From Octopus bimaculoides (Eukaryota): a DNA stretch of 64,000 bases. Below, one piece after another: positions 13,881 to 27,339 of this stretch. Both the position numbers and the translations under genes were made by a program. Where the stretch lies: NCBI RefSeq assembly GCF_001194135.2, contig NC_068990.1, positions 66,143,819 to 66,207,818 on the forward strand, given 5' to 3'. Under the pieces are notes generated by a model. It did not search any database. It had not been told where the DNA came from and saw nothing but the letters and a program-made list of their open reading frames with translations. Position 1 is the stretch's first letter. Every line of letters starts with the position of its first letter.

Positions 13881-14469
13881 ACATAATCTATGATATTGAC
13901 CCCAGTTGAAACCCCCTACTTTATGCTATCAATTACTTTGTCGCAATTATTTACTGCTTTACTCAAGCGCCTGATCGACATTTCTTCATTTATTTCATTC
14001 TCATCATTCTACATCTCTATCTCTCCCTTTGACAAACCTTACTTCTCACTACAATTATCCCTTAATTTCCATTATCGACCACATCTCACTTCTACGCTTC
14101 ATTATCTGTTTTTTTTTCTATCCATTTATTCCCCTCTTTTCATTTTATCTCTTAGTTAATTTATGTCTCTTTCTTTCAATCTTTTTTATCAATTTTTTTT
14201 ACGCTTTCACTCTCTTTGACCGTTCTTTAATTTTAAATTCCTCAAACAAATCCAATAAAAAATTTGCTATTTGTCGTTTCTTTTAGTCTCTCCTGAAACT
14301 AAGTCGAAGACAAGAAGCATTCTTTTTCAAAAAATAACATTAAAAAAGCCATTATTATTCAGTATTTTTGTGCCTGTATCAGTCAATTACGTATTGACTG
14401 TGAAATCTCATCTCGAATAAATATATAACTACCGAATCCGTCAAGTTCTTTTTGATTCGTATTCTTTCA

Positions 14470-14635
14470 ATGATGTCCCCATCTATCTTTGGATAAAACA
14501 GTGAAACAGAAGAGTTCCAAGAAACTAATGACGTTTTATGGAGATGTAAACGAATATAATTTCTTCAAACCATGAAATATGCTTTGTCTGAGATAGAGGA
14601 ATATATGTATTTCTAACGTTTCGGACAGCTGTCGA
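14470..14635 (-). mobile_element. Penelope-like terminal repeat fragment with 3' half of a hammerhead-like motif
   Basis: Minus strand GAC-agct-GTC-C-GAAAC-GTT-agaaat; the CUGANGA half is replaced by simple repeat. Confidence 0.35.
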
Positions 14636-15382
14636 TATCATTATCGTTGCTGTTATTGTTGCTTTTGTTTTGTTGTCCATCGCCACTACTATTACCAGCA
14701 GCAGCAGTATCAGTAGCAGCAGCAGCAGCAGCAGCAACACCACCACCACCACCACCACCACCACAACCACCACCACCACAGGCATTTGTTTGGGTCACCT
14801 TTTCTAGACCTTTCTCAGATTTCTGGATGCGCAATGCTATACTAGAAAGGGCTGCTCAGACGCTCTCGAACCCATCGAACCGTACTGCTGTTCTTTCAAC
14901 TCGACAATGCAGCAACGTTAGATGGGCCCTGAGCCGCTCGCGTGCAGATGCGTGACTGAGCGCTCCCAACCCGTTAAGCCTGCACATATCACCACTATTC
15001 CATCGCCGTGGGACTTGAAGAGATATCTGTACGTTTAAATATCTATGCCATACGTTTGTACGACACCTATAGCACCCACCCCTCCCCAAAATCTGATATC
15101 AAGTGACAAGATGACTGGGTGGTTATGGAGCTCACATGTTTTATTATCCCGGAATTTAACCGGTCCAGTGGTTTTATATCAGAATGTTCTCCCAGTCTTT
15201 GCCCAACCAAAGGCTCACTGCAAGACAGCAATGAAGGATTTGAATTCGGAGTTACCTTCTCCTAGACAGATTGCCTTCCCCACGGCTTTATTAAACCTTG
15301 GAGCTCCATCTACCCCTTTAACTACTCCACAAATACACACAAAGCACACAAATCAGATACAATAAAAGGCGTAAAAATACAA

Positions 15383-15456
<74 letters not shown>

Positions 15457-15869
15457 TTATAAAATATCAGTTTCCTCAAAGATGAAAGAGAAAAAAAAAA
15501 CACGTACACGCAGTATATACACATATATTCAATAATTAAAAATGTAAATCAATATATATTAAGATATATATACACACACACGCCTAACACTCACCCACAG
15601 TTCACCACACCAAACACGCTCCATGGTATACACATCCACAATTCAGCTAACTACATACATATGTACATATAATAATTGGATGGCCGTTGACTCTAAAGAG
15701 TTCTTCCACCCTTTTTCAGGTCTTGTTTTTAGTCCTGCAAGTTGTCCAATACACACCCTCTTCACCAAGTGGAATTATTAGGAGAGCCGGTTTAGTCGCC
15801 AACGACCCGACCATGGGATATTACTGGGTTACATGGTACAAGTAGCGTAAACAACCTGACATCAAGAGG

Positions 15870-17310
15870 CGGTAAGGTTCTTGCAAAACTTTTACTTCAT
15901 CGGCTAGCAATGTCGATATGCCCCTCCGTTATCCTCGAAGATCAGTATGGAAGATCGTCAACTCGAGGAGAAATGCATCGAACATCGCATGGCTCTTTAC
16001 CACGTTTTTCTTGATTTAACAAAAGCCTTCGACACTGTTAATAGGACAGTTCTCTTGACCATTCTTGGTAAACTTGGATATCCACCTCAATTTGTTAACT
16101 TGTTTAAGTAACTTCATAGTGATATAAAAGCTCGTCTTAACTTCAATTCATCACTATCGGAACCAATTTCCATCGATAACGGAGTTAAAGAAGGTGATAT
16201 TGCAGCTCCAAAACTTTTTTTCCATATATTTTTCCACTATCTTGCACGCTTTCTAGGACTCATATCGGCGTCTATATTAGTTTCAGAACCAGATGTAAGG
16301 TCTTTGATGTTAAACGCTTCAATGCAAAGTCGAAGACAATCCAGGCCCTTGTTCGAGAACTCCTTTAGACTGATGATGTAGTTCTCGTTGCTCTCACTAT
16401 GGAGGACATGCAGGCTATATTGGATCTCTTCTCTAGAGCTTGTATTACTTTTGGACTTACCATCAGTCTAAAAAATAAATATCATATTATTTCAGCCACC
16501 AGGCAAACTCTATGTGGAACCTAACATCTTTGTCCAGGGTACAAGATTAGATGTGGTTGACTTGTTCATCTACCTTGGCAGCACTTTCTCTGGAGATGGA
16601 TCCCTTGACTCTAAAATAAATCTGAGAATTGAAAAGGCCAGCAAAGAATTTGGAAGGCTTGAAAATTGTGTGTAGTCTGATAGAGTATCACCCTCAAAAT
16701 CATGCTTAGTATCTATGAATCTTGAATTTTAACGATCCTCTTGTACTCTTCTGAGACCTGGACGACATATCAGTGCCACATCAAGGGTTTAGAAAGTTCC
16801 ACCAGTCTTGCCTAAGGCGGATACTAGACATCAAATGGATGTCTTTAACACTAGACACTGTTGTTCTTCAGCAAGCTAACACACCCAGTATTGAAATGAT
16901 CCTCATACGCAATCAGATGCGTTGGGTTGGGCACCTTGCTAGGATGCAAGATGACAGGTTCCAAAAGGAGTTATTTCGCGGGGAATTGCAGTGTGGCAAA
17001 CGTGCGAGACATAAACCTAAGAAACGTTTTAGGGATGCTGTCAAAAGCAATCTTAAGGTTGAAGTCTGTGAGCAAGATCGATCGGTTTGGAAAAAAATGA
17101 TTTACAATAGTTTGAAGAACGAATAATTGAACAATCTATCTTGAAACGAGCACTTCGTAGACAGGATTTAACTACAATCTCAGACACTTTCCTACTTAAA
17201 AATATTTGTAAGATCTGCAATAGAGTTTGTTTGTCAAGAGCAGGACTTGCTAGTCATATCAGATCTCAAGACAGTATTTATTAATTGAAGAGATGGCCTT
17301 CTTCTCTAAA
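15870..17310 (+). mobile_element. RTE-clade LINE, decayed reverse transcriptase and C-terminus
   Basis: GKVLAKLLLHRL...RQLEEKCIEH...FLDLTKAFDTVNR...NGVKEGDIAAPKLF; *TDD at the YADD position near 16370; KFHQSCLRRILDIKW...QMRWVGHLARMQDDRFQKELFRGEL..GKRARHKPKKRFRD. Many stops and frameshifts; (TATG)n at the 3' end. Confidence 0.92.
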
Positions 17311-18470
17311 GAAGTGGCAATTATCATGTATGTATGTATGTATGTATGTATGTAGGTAGGTAGGTAGGTACTTCCTCTATTTTTAACTTTAAAGAAAGAG
17401 CTGGTTTCTAACAGAGATACAGAGCCCCATTGTTGGAACGTAAATAACAAAAACAATGTCACATGTTGAATTTAAGGAAAATCTTACATATATTCCTTTT
17501 TCCATTTAAAGGCTGTATTTGTAATGTGCAAGTTGGCCGGTTGGCGTCTTTATCAGAAAATCGTAGCTTTTCCAGATTGTTGTTTAGGTATTTACTAACA
17601 AAATCAAGTACATAAATTGTTATTGGTATAAATGTGAACTTATTATATGTGCGTATGTGTGTATGTGTGTATATATGAATGTATGTATATGTATGTATAT
17701 TGTGATTAAAATTCTCTATGCTGCATAGACTTAGCATTGCCGTAGATAAGTCTACAGCAATTCTAATACTATGTAACATGGAATGTGTTTGTAAAGACGT
17801 GAGGGAACATAATGACACATCCATGCACACCTGTCCATAATACAAGCACTGTTTACGCAGAAATAGGAAATAAGCCCCATTTTTAAAGGTGCATGGACTG
17901 ACTTAAGAAGGGAAGAATGTAAAATGAAATTAAGAGAAACTGCTCAAGTGATTGCTTTCTTTCTTTGTGGTATCAAAGCAATCGATCAGTGATAACCACC
18001 TTTTCAGTCATCGTTTTCCTCTATATTCTTCTCCCATTCCAGTAACTCAATCAATAAACCTGGGATCGATACTAGTTATCTCAAAATGCATCGAATCTAA
18101 AAGTAGATGATTTTATCGTTTTTTTTCCTGATATTTGTTTCCATATTTGTTTTTAAAATATCTTTTATTCCAATTTTTTATTTGAATACAATATATATAT
18201 ATTTGTTTTTACATATGTTTATATCTAAATATATAAATACATATACACACATATATGTATACATATCAATATACATACACGCATATTATATATATATATT
18301 ATTTNNNNNNNNNNNNNNNNNNNNNNNNNNNNNNNNNNNNNNNNNNNNNNNNNNNNNNNNNNNNNNNNNNNNNNNNNNNNNNNNNNNNNNNNNNNNNNNN
18401 NNNNNNNNNNNNNNNNNNNNNNNNNNNNATATATATATATATACATAAATACATACATTTCAATACTTAT

Positions 18471-18513
<43 letters not shown>

Positions 18514-18523
18514 TACACATACA

Positions 18524-18572
<49 letters not shown>

Positions 18573-19037
18573 GTGATATAATATGTGTGTGTGTGTGTGT
18601 TTTTTTTTTTTGATTTGGTTATTTCAAGTTTTATTTCGGAATTGTGAAGATCAAGTTTCCTAGCTGCTGATATTTCCTTTAATGGCTGCTTTGAAAGAGG
18701 AATGAGAACGAAGATATGGTGATATTTCCTTCAAGAGGGCTTAAAATCGAGGTCGTTGTGGAGTGTTAAGCTGATGAAAATACATGGCCGGTAAAACCAT
18801 TTCAACAATATTAACAGTAATGATTATAATGATAAAATATTAACGGTATCTACAATTTCTAAACCTGGCACTTGGCCGCAAATCTTCCTGATGTTTGATG
18901 AGCATATATTTGATGTAAATCCTTATCGAGAGGAAATATATGAAGTTGATTTCTGCAAGATGTGAGTTGTAAATGCAAAAGGACGATAATAAATTATAGA
19001 AGGTATCAACCAAATGTACCACTCAGCGATGTAACAA

Positions 19038-19039
<2 letters not shown>

Positions 19040-19113
<74 letters not shown>

Positions 19114-19141
19114 CATCATCATCAGCATCATTATTATTATT
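19040..19141. repeat. (TTA)n/(TCA)n microsatellite
   Basis: Direct reading. Confidence 0.95.
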
Positions 19142-19345
19142 AAGGCGGCGTGCTGGCAGAATCGTTAGCACGCCGGACGAAATGCTTAGCTGTATTTCGT
19201 CTGCCGCTACGTCTGAGTTCAAATCCCGCCGAGGTTGACTTTGCCTTTCATCCCTTGTAGGTCAATGAATCAAGTACTAGCGAAACACTGGGGTCGATGT
19301 AATCGACTCACCCTATCCCCCCAAACCGATGACATTGTTGCAAAA
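19142..19345 (+). mobile_element. tRNA-like SINE (ggcggcgagctggcagaa family)
   Basis: Box A-like TGGCAGAATCGTTAG and box B-like GAGTTCAAATCC; family has many copies in the window. Confidence 0.8.
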
Positions 19346-19396
19346 TCTGAAACCATTATCATTATTACTCTTATTATAATAATTATTATTATTATT

Positions 19397-19450
<54 letters not shown>

Positions 19451-19451
<1 letters not shown>

Positions 19452-19831
19452 GAAATGAGCAAAATGTGGAACCTGAAGACTAAAACAATACTTATTGTCA
19501 TAGGTGCCCTGGGAATGACAGCGAAACGGGCTGATTACTACCTAGCTCAGATACCAGGAAACCCCAAAATGGCTGAAGTTCAAAAGATAGTGCTCATGGG
19601 AACTGCCCATATCCTACGTAAAATACTGTCTATATGATCTCAAATTTTAAAACAAACACATAATTTTCTTATGGTTTCTTAAACATTCTCTAGAACAACA
19701 CTATGTACAAATCCAAATATATGGTACCCTAGGCATAACACCTACATGAACTTCTAACTTGTTGTCTCTTGAGGTCTCTGGATGAGACTTGGATCCAACT
19801 TGTACAAATGCAAAGCAAAGGTCAAACATAA
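19451..19831 (+). mobile_element. R4/Dong-like LINE extreme 3' end plus 3'UTR, flanked on both sides by (TAA)n
   Basis: MSKMWNLKTKTILIVIGALGM...IPGNPKMAEVQKIVLMGTAHILRKILS*; (TAA)n at about 19400-19450 and 19832-19866. Confidence 0.8.
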
Positions 19832-19866
<35 letters not shown>

Positions 19867-19867
<1 letters not shown>

Positions 19868-20025
19868 GTGTAGACAGGAACACAAGAAAACTACTAACGT
19901 CTAGGAACATGCATCACTCCAAAACAGACGTTGATCGTAAGTACCTACCTAGACGTGATGGGGAAAGGGGATTGATGCATGTAGAATTGTGCTCTAAGAC
20001 CTCCTCAATAGCAATGAGCGATTTC
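19867..20025 (+). mobile_element. R4/Dong-like LINE internal fragment (post-RT region)
   Basis: RVDRNTRKLLTSRNMHHSKTDVDRKYLPRRDGERGLMHVELC matches the DRKTRKLLT..HPK.DVDRLY.PR..GGRGL motif. Confidence 0.7.
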
Positions 20026-21769
20026 GATCATTAGTCTGCTTGATCAGCACTTACATGAGAATTCTCGCAAGCCATGACGACTACGATGACGACGACGACG
20101 ACGACGACGACAGCAACAACGACAACAACGCATACATTAGGAGTTGTCTACTCTAGTTTCGAACGCAGTTGATGACAAGACTTCAGATTCCTCGTGCCTA
20201 TCTCTGATTATAACTAACTATCCACATACATTTTCCAGGTGTATACGTTCGCTAGACATCGTCTACTTGTTAACTTATTAAATAAAGTGCAGTTAGCTTT
20301 ATAATAAACAGTTAATGAATTTTATGGAATAAGCAGATTAACAAAGCAGTCAGATTAACACATTAAAATTAATGAAGAATCTAATTCACATTATAACAAC
20401 ACACCCACACTCCCACACCCCCACACTCCTACACTGACGCATATATATANNNNNNNNNNNNNNNNNNNNNNNNNNNNNNNNNNNNNNNNNNNNNNNNNNN
20501 NNNNNNNNNNNNNNNNNNNNNNNNNNNNNNNNNNNNNNNNNNNNNNNNNNNNNNNNNNNNNNNNNNNNNNNNNNNNNNNNNNNNNNNNNNNNNNNNNNNN
20601 NNNNNNNNNNNNNNNNNNNNNNNNNNNNNNNNNNNNNNNNNNNNNNNNNNNNNNNNNNNNNNNNNNNNNNNNNNNNNNNNNNNNNNNNNNNNNNNNNNNN
20701 NNNNNNNNNNNNNNNNNNNNNNNNNNNNNNNNNNNNNNNNNNNNNNNNNNNNNNNNNNNNNNNNNNNNNNNNNNNNNNNNNNNNTATGCATGTATATATG
20801 TATGTTTGCATATGTATATATATGCCTTTAATGATCACTTGATCTTTTCCATAATACCCGATCTTGCATTCATATCTATATATATTTATACATTTGCATA
20901 CGCACAAATACATGCTGTACTATTAATTTCTACCTAGGTTATTTCTGACATGACCAAACTCTATGAAAAAATACCCCATGTATTATGATTAGAAGCAGCA
21001 GAATTCTCAGTAGATACATACACAGTCAGGTTTCAGGAAATATTCACAAAAGAATTTATGCTTCTAAGATAACGATTGGTACTAAAAAAAAAAAAAATAC
21101 TTCTTTGCTGACAGATATTATCCTCAAATACAAGACACTATGCGACAAGGGGAACAAAAATTGTGCCACACTATTAATGGGATAATGGTAGAAAAAGTTT
21201 ATGCCTAGCGCACTAAGCAATGTAACAAAAGATTTGTGCAAAAAATGTGATAATGTGCCAAATTCAATCAGAAACGTAAAGATATGTATAACATTCAAAT
21301 AATTTCTTATTTGAGTTTGTTGGGCTGTGCATAATAAATACATACTCATATGTGAACATATGGAATACACTTGTGTAAATACTCATATTTGAAGAGTAAG
21401 TACATTCATTACATGAGTGCAAGTATATACGCCTATACACTTTCAAATAAACATAGACTACGTCACTAATATGTTCAGCTGCCTTGACACCAACGGAAAG
21501 TCTAACCAATTTTTTATTGATAGGCTTGAATCTTGCGTTGAACATAAATAAATAACAAACAAAAGTACATATAGAAAATTGCATACGTACAACATTCTTA
21601 CGTGCATGCCTACCTACAAGCAAACATATACAATATATATGCATAATTATTTCATTTTTCATTTTTTGTTTGTAATTGCGCCATTTTATATTGCATTAAC
21701 TTCTTTATCTCTTTTCAACCTTATTTTTCATAATTCATTGTTATTTCTATATACAAGCACACACACACA

Positions 21770-22830
21770 CATACGTACATATCCACACACATGAAAAACA
21801 GACGAACCCGTGCACACACATGAACGCACATATACCTCCTACACACACCACACACATACAACACACATACATACATATGTACACACACATACTTCCACAC
21901 ATATACACACACGTACAGACACACGCACACACACGCATACACGCACGCATACACGCACGCACACACACATGCACACACGCACACATACTCACACATACAC
22001 GCATACATATACACACACACACATACACCCACGCACACACACACATGCGCGTACACACATACACACGTACACAAACGCTCACACACATACACACGCACAG
22101 GAATGCACAGATACCTAACTCACACACCGACACACATACCTATACACACACCCACACATAAACGTACACAAGTACACATAACCACATACACATACATACT
22201 CAAACACACGCGCATACACGCAACAAAACGCACACATAATCCCGACACACATCTCCACATTCACACACACATATATACACGCACATACACACACGCACAC
22301 ACACATATGCACATGTACATACGCATGCATACACACACACACACACTCGCACATGTACGCACATATACCTTCAGCACACAATATACACTCATACAGACAC
22401 GCACACAGTTATACACACATACACATATGCATACACATATAGACGTACATACACATGCACACACACACATGCACACACGCATACGAATGTTCATATACCT
22501 AACACTGACAACCCTACGCATACACATATACACATCCACATACGCACACATACCTGCACACACAACTACACGCACGTACACATACACACACGCACGCACA
22601 TGCATACACGCGCAAAAAGACGCACCTATAGCCCCTACAGAACCCCTCGTTCACATACACACATGCACAAACGCCCGCTCACACACACAAACACACTCAC
22701 AAATACAGATGCACATACACACACACGCACACACATATATATATATATATATACACGCACGCACATACACACACACACGCACACACAAATGAACCCACAC
22801 ATACCTCTCATTCACACACAACACACCCGC
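21770..22830. repeat. Degenerate CA-rich tract, related to 56750-57400
   Basis: Shares aaatgaa(c/t)ccacacatacct with about 56838. Confidence 0.7.
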
Positions 22831-23298
22831 CCTCTGCTTTCTGAGTTCAAATCCCGCCATGATCTATTTGGATGGTAACCTTAACATATTCGGTTTAACA
22901 CCTCCACATGGATGCTTGGTGCCTGTAGCGGAGTCCACTCTATTGTAATCATCCAGGCCATGTTACCGGCTTGAGGATAGATTCCTCTCTTATTCACACC
23001 ACGTAAACTCATTGGCACAGTAGCAAGAATCACACTCACTATGCAAGTGAAATATTCGTGCTCTGATTCCAGAGGATGCAGGTATTTCTCTCTCTATTGT
23101 TGGTGACAAATATTGTTATATAAATTCCAAATTTAGATGCAAGTCCGTATAATGTTCCAGGGATAGAGTGGACTCATTTAATTTTATCGTCTCCACAAAA
23201 AATCTATAAATACGCGAAGGAAAGTAGAAGATACCAACTCGGTAAAATTGCAGGAAAAGTGTAAAGAAATGCAACAAAATATCAATGCCCAATGTATG

Positions 23299-23327
<29 letters not shown>

Positions 23328-23329
<2 letters not shown>

Positions 23330-23698
23330 TGGCCCAGTCGTTAGGGCAGCGGACTCGCGGTCATAGGATCGCAATTTCGATTCCTAGACCGGGCGTTGTG
23401 AGTGTTTATTGAGCGAAAACACCCAAAGTTCCACGAGGCTCCGGCAGGAGAAGGTGGTGAACCCTGCTGTACTCTTTCACCCCAACTTTCTCCCACTCTT
23501 ACTTCCTGTTTCTGTTGTGCCTGTAATTCAAAGGGCCAGTCTTGTCACACTCTGTGTCACGCTGAATATCCCCGAGAACTACGTTAAGGATACGTGTGTC
23601 TGTGGAGTGCTCAGCCACTTGCACGTTAATTTCGCAAGCAGGCTGTTCCGTTGATCGGATCAACTGGAACCCTCATCGTCGTAAGTGACGGAGTGCCT
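23328..23698 (+). mobile_element. Full-length tRNA-derived SINE inside a (TATG)n tract
   Basis: Box A TGGCCCAGTCGTTAGG, box B-like ATTTCGATTCC, unique body, (TATG)n on both sides. Confidence 0.8.
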
Positions 23699-23701
23699 AC
23701 A

Positions 23702-23732
<31 letters not shown>

Positions 23733-23899
23733 TGTATGTATGTATGTACGTATGTAGCTGCAAGCATGGTTGTATCATTAAGACGTTTGCTTTACAACCA
23801 CTTGTTTTGTAACTGTACCTCTGTGTGGCATTGAGGAAGTGATCTTGATATTGTTTTCTGATTACATCTGGTAGACGGAATGTGTATGTATGCTCGCCG

Positions 23900-23944
<45 letters not shown>

Positions 23945-24841
23945 GTCAGTCAGTCTGTCTGTCTGTCTGTCTATCTGTCTATCAATACACTTATGTATGT
24001 ATGTATGTATGTATGTATGTATGTATGTATGTATGTGTATGAGTGAGTAACTGTGTATGGGCGTGTGCACGTATGTGCATGTGTGTGTGTGAGTGTGTGT
24101 CTGCTTTTGCATCAGGGCATTTTCTATTTCTTCATCCTTGTTCCAGACATAACTGTTTATCTGTTTTACTACACATATTTGATTGCATGTTTGGAAAAGA
24201 AATTTCTATTCTTTCAAAGAAACGAAGGACACGAAGACTTGTATGCTACTGTGTCGCGTAGAAGAAACAGAAAATAACGTTTCAGGTGTGTGTCTTTTGA
24301 TGAAGAAGAAAATAAATTAATTTCTTCCTCTACGAAATGTTATGCTCTACTTGTCACGGCACCCCGACATACAACTCTTCTTGTTCATAATTGACTCTCG
24401 AATCATGCCAACGTTTTTCGTCGTTAGTCTAGCAATTCTAGTTACTATATTCAATTTATTTATGATTTTGTGTCAGGAATTTGGTTACGATAGTTGTTTG
24501 GACTAATTCCAATTTACCTCTATAGCTATTGACCCCTTACAAAGGGATGGAATTAGTATGGCCTGTGGAGATATGAGGAATAAAGAAACGTAGAAATAGT
24601 AAGGAAAGAGTTGAGAAGAGAGGGAGTCAGAATGAGTGGAATAAAAATGTTGGAAAGAAGGGTGAAGGTGGAATATAAAAAAAAAGAGAGATGCAGTAGG
24701 AGTAGAGAGGAAATGGATCGTGAGGAAACGGGGAATAGGAAGAAGATTGTTAATGATGGGAAGGAGAGAAAAATCGGAGAGAAAAATAAATCGGGTGAAA
24801 AAGAAAGTTGGGATTGTGTGCAGGCGAAAAGATAGAGGGAA

Positions 24842-24872
<31 letters not shown>

Positions 24873-26151
24873 AATAGAGAGAAAGAAACATAATGGGAAA
24901 TATAAGATTTAGAAGCAGGAACGGAGAGAAGTTAAGTGTTTAAGGAAATAGCTTCAGAGAGAAAAATCGAAGGGGGAAAAAATTTTGTATTTTTTGTTAT
25001 TTTACATTATTGTTTTTACTTTTTCAGTTTTATTTTCTAAAAAAAAAATTTTTTAAAGAGTTGTTAATTTCCGGTCGGAAAACCCAGAAAATGCGATGTT
25101 CTAGAACCTGGATAAAATACTAAACTATAATAATAAATAAATTCTAGAATAAAAGAATAAAGGAATAATATTATGCTATTGACAGCTAGAAAATACAAAC
25201 ATATACATATTTATAGCAACAATAAAATACAATATGAATAAAACTTGAAGAAATATGAAGTACTTGATTGTCTTCTTATCTCTAGACATTAGGACTAACA
25301 AGATGGCTGTGATGGGAAGTAAAAGGATTTTTGATATTTAAAAAAAAATGACATCATAGTCTTGCGATAGAAAATAAAGGACAGCCGACACTCGCAAGAG
25401 AGTATGACTTCGTTCTATATTCTGTGTTTTTGCTAAAAGTTTTGGGAGTTTGTGTCGTTTCGAGCAGACGTAGACAAGCAAACTGCCAACCAGCCAACCA
25501 GCCAGCCAGCCAGTCAACTAACCAACCAACCAACCAACCAACAAATCAATCAACCAAGTAGCCAAACAACCAAACAACCAGCCAAACAACCAAACAGCCA
25601 ACCAACAAATTAACAACTCAACCAACTAAAGAATTACAATGGCCAATATCAAAATATATCCGTTTAGTCTTATAAATAATCGACATATCACAGTGAAATC
25701 TTTACAACTTTTATTGGACTTTTCGAATGATAATGCTGAAATGCATTGTGTTACACTGCTGGCAGTAAAGGAGAGGCTATTATTGTATAAGTGGTCTAGA
25801 TTGATCATTTTCAATGTTGGAAGAAACGTCAAAATCTATAAAGATATTTGAAGAGGCACGAAGTTCCGTATGCTGTTTGCGAAATGTTCCAATGCCAATT
25901 TGAAAGATTTATAGAACTATATCAGCTTTCTTTTACTTCTTCAAAGACTATTTTAATTTTCAATTAACCGTTAGGTGAAATAGTTTGTAACTCGGTGTAT
26001 TTCGTCCGTCGCCTAATTGATTCATAGACAGTTCGAAATACTTAGCGTATATGCATGCATGTGTGTGTGCGACCGTGTGTGTGTGTGTGAGTGTGTGTGC
26101 ATGTGTGTGTGTATACATACGTGTATTTATATATACATATGTTCATACTTA

Positions 26152-26177
<26 letters not shown>

Positions 26178-26182
<5 letters not shown>

Positions 26183-26700
26183 GGGAGAATATACAAATAA
26201 TAACAACAGACGAGGACAGGTCGTGTAAATAACAAAAGATATATTAGTATGACGCTCGGGAATACGGAAAGTCTTTGACGTTTCGAGCTACGCTCTTCAA
26301 CAGAAAGAATACGGAGACAAGGAGTAAAACACGGAGAAAAAAATTGAATAGTGTTCAGTCAACGGTCAATCATAATAATGGCCGATCATAACAATGGCTG
26401 ACCGGAAGTTAGAAATTCTTTTTTCAGGAGAGCTAAGAAAGGGGGAGATAAGAAACGGTGATCGGGAACGAGGGGCTGTGTGTGGGAGGTAGAATGNNNN
26501 NNNNNNGTGATGCGAGGGTATTGGTGTGCTGTGATGTGAGGGTGTTGGGAGGTGGGGAAGGCATGGGTGGAGTGTGGGTTAGGCTGAGGGTGGGGTAGAG
26601 GTAGGGGTCTGTGTGTAGGGTGGGGTATGTGGGTAGGGTGGGGTATGTGGGTAGGGAACTGTGTATACACACACACGAAAACACAAACAGACTCACACAC
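26178..26700 (-). mobile_element. Penelope-like terminal repeat, family 1
   Basis: Carries the hammerhead motif, ends at (TA)n, and its 3' ~150 bp are nearly identical to 47510-47660. Confidence 0.6.
26272..26308 (-). ncRNA. Minimal type I hammerhead ribozyme motif (A6U core variant)
   Basis: 5'-UCUUU CUGUUGA A GAGC gua GCUC GAAAC GUC AAAGA-3': 5 bp stem I, 4 bp stem II, palindromic ACGU in place of stem III, GUC triplet. Confidence 0.65.
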
Positions 26701-27339
26701 AAATACATATATGTTTGCGTGTGGTGGAGATCTGTGCATGATTGCCTATCTTTGGGATTTGATGTATCAGCGTGTAAAATATTATTACATACCGTACAAA
26801 TACTCATACACACCAGATGCACAATAACGTGGACGCGCATATTATATGGTCACTGCGTAATTTGCAATTGATTGTAAGGAAAAATACATCCCCTGTTTTT
26901 TTCTCTTTTTTCTGCTTCCTCCCTCTCTCTGTCACACATTCTCATACGTTTATCTCAAACACAATCACACACACGTATATATGAACTTGTAAACACATAC
27001 ATACAAACATGTATGTGAGTGAATGTACGTGCGTGTGTATGTGTGTGCGTGCGTCTCTTCAATTAAATATTCGTGGCAATGCTTAACTAGAGCGAGCTAT
27101 TTGTGCAGGAGTGAAAATGATGTCTAGATTTTCTATGGGTTTCTTTCATGTTGTAATGTTTAAGTGTCTATATATATATGTACCGAGGGCGATAAATTGA
27201 GTAGTAATTTCAATTTCAAACCTGTGGTCTAGCATATGTGGTTGGGTCGTTGATGATCTCTTTCTAGCAAATTGGATATCCACCTAGTGGTCATCCCTTC
27301 TTATACGTATATATATATATATATATAAACACACAAACT

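Noticed and set aside
19142-19260. tRNA genes at SINE heads (also 23328 and 49700)
   Set aside because: They have A/B boxes but no full cloverleaf, and they continue into SINE bodies.
21721-22878. His/Thr-rich and Cys/Val-rich ORFs
   Set aside because: Translations of degenerate (CA)n/(TG)n.
24295-24345. TTGATGA...GAAAT hammerhead-like spacing (similar at 60820-60900 minus and 20158-20180)
   Set aside because: Core mismatches, extra bases between the stem and GAAA, and no NUH or stem I.
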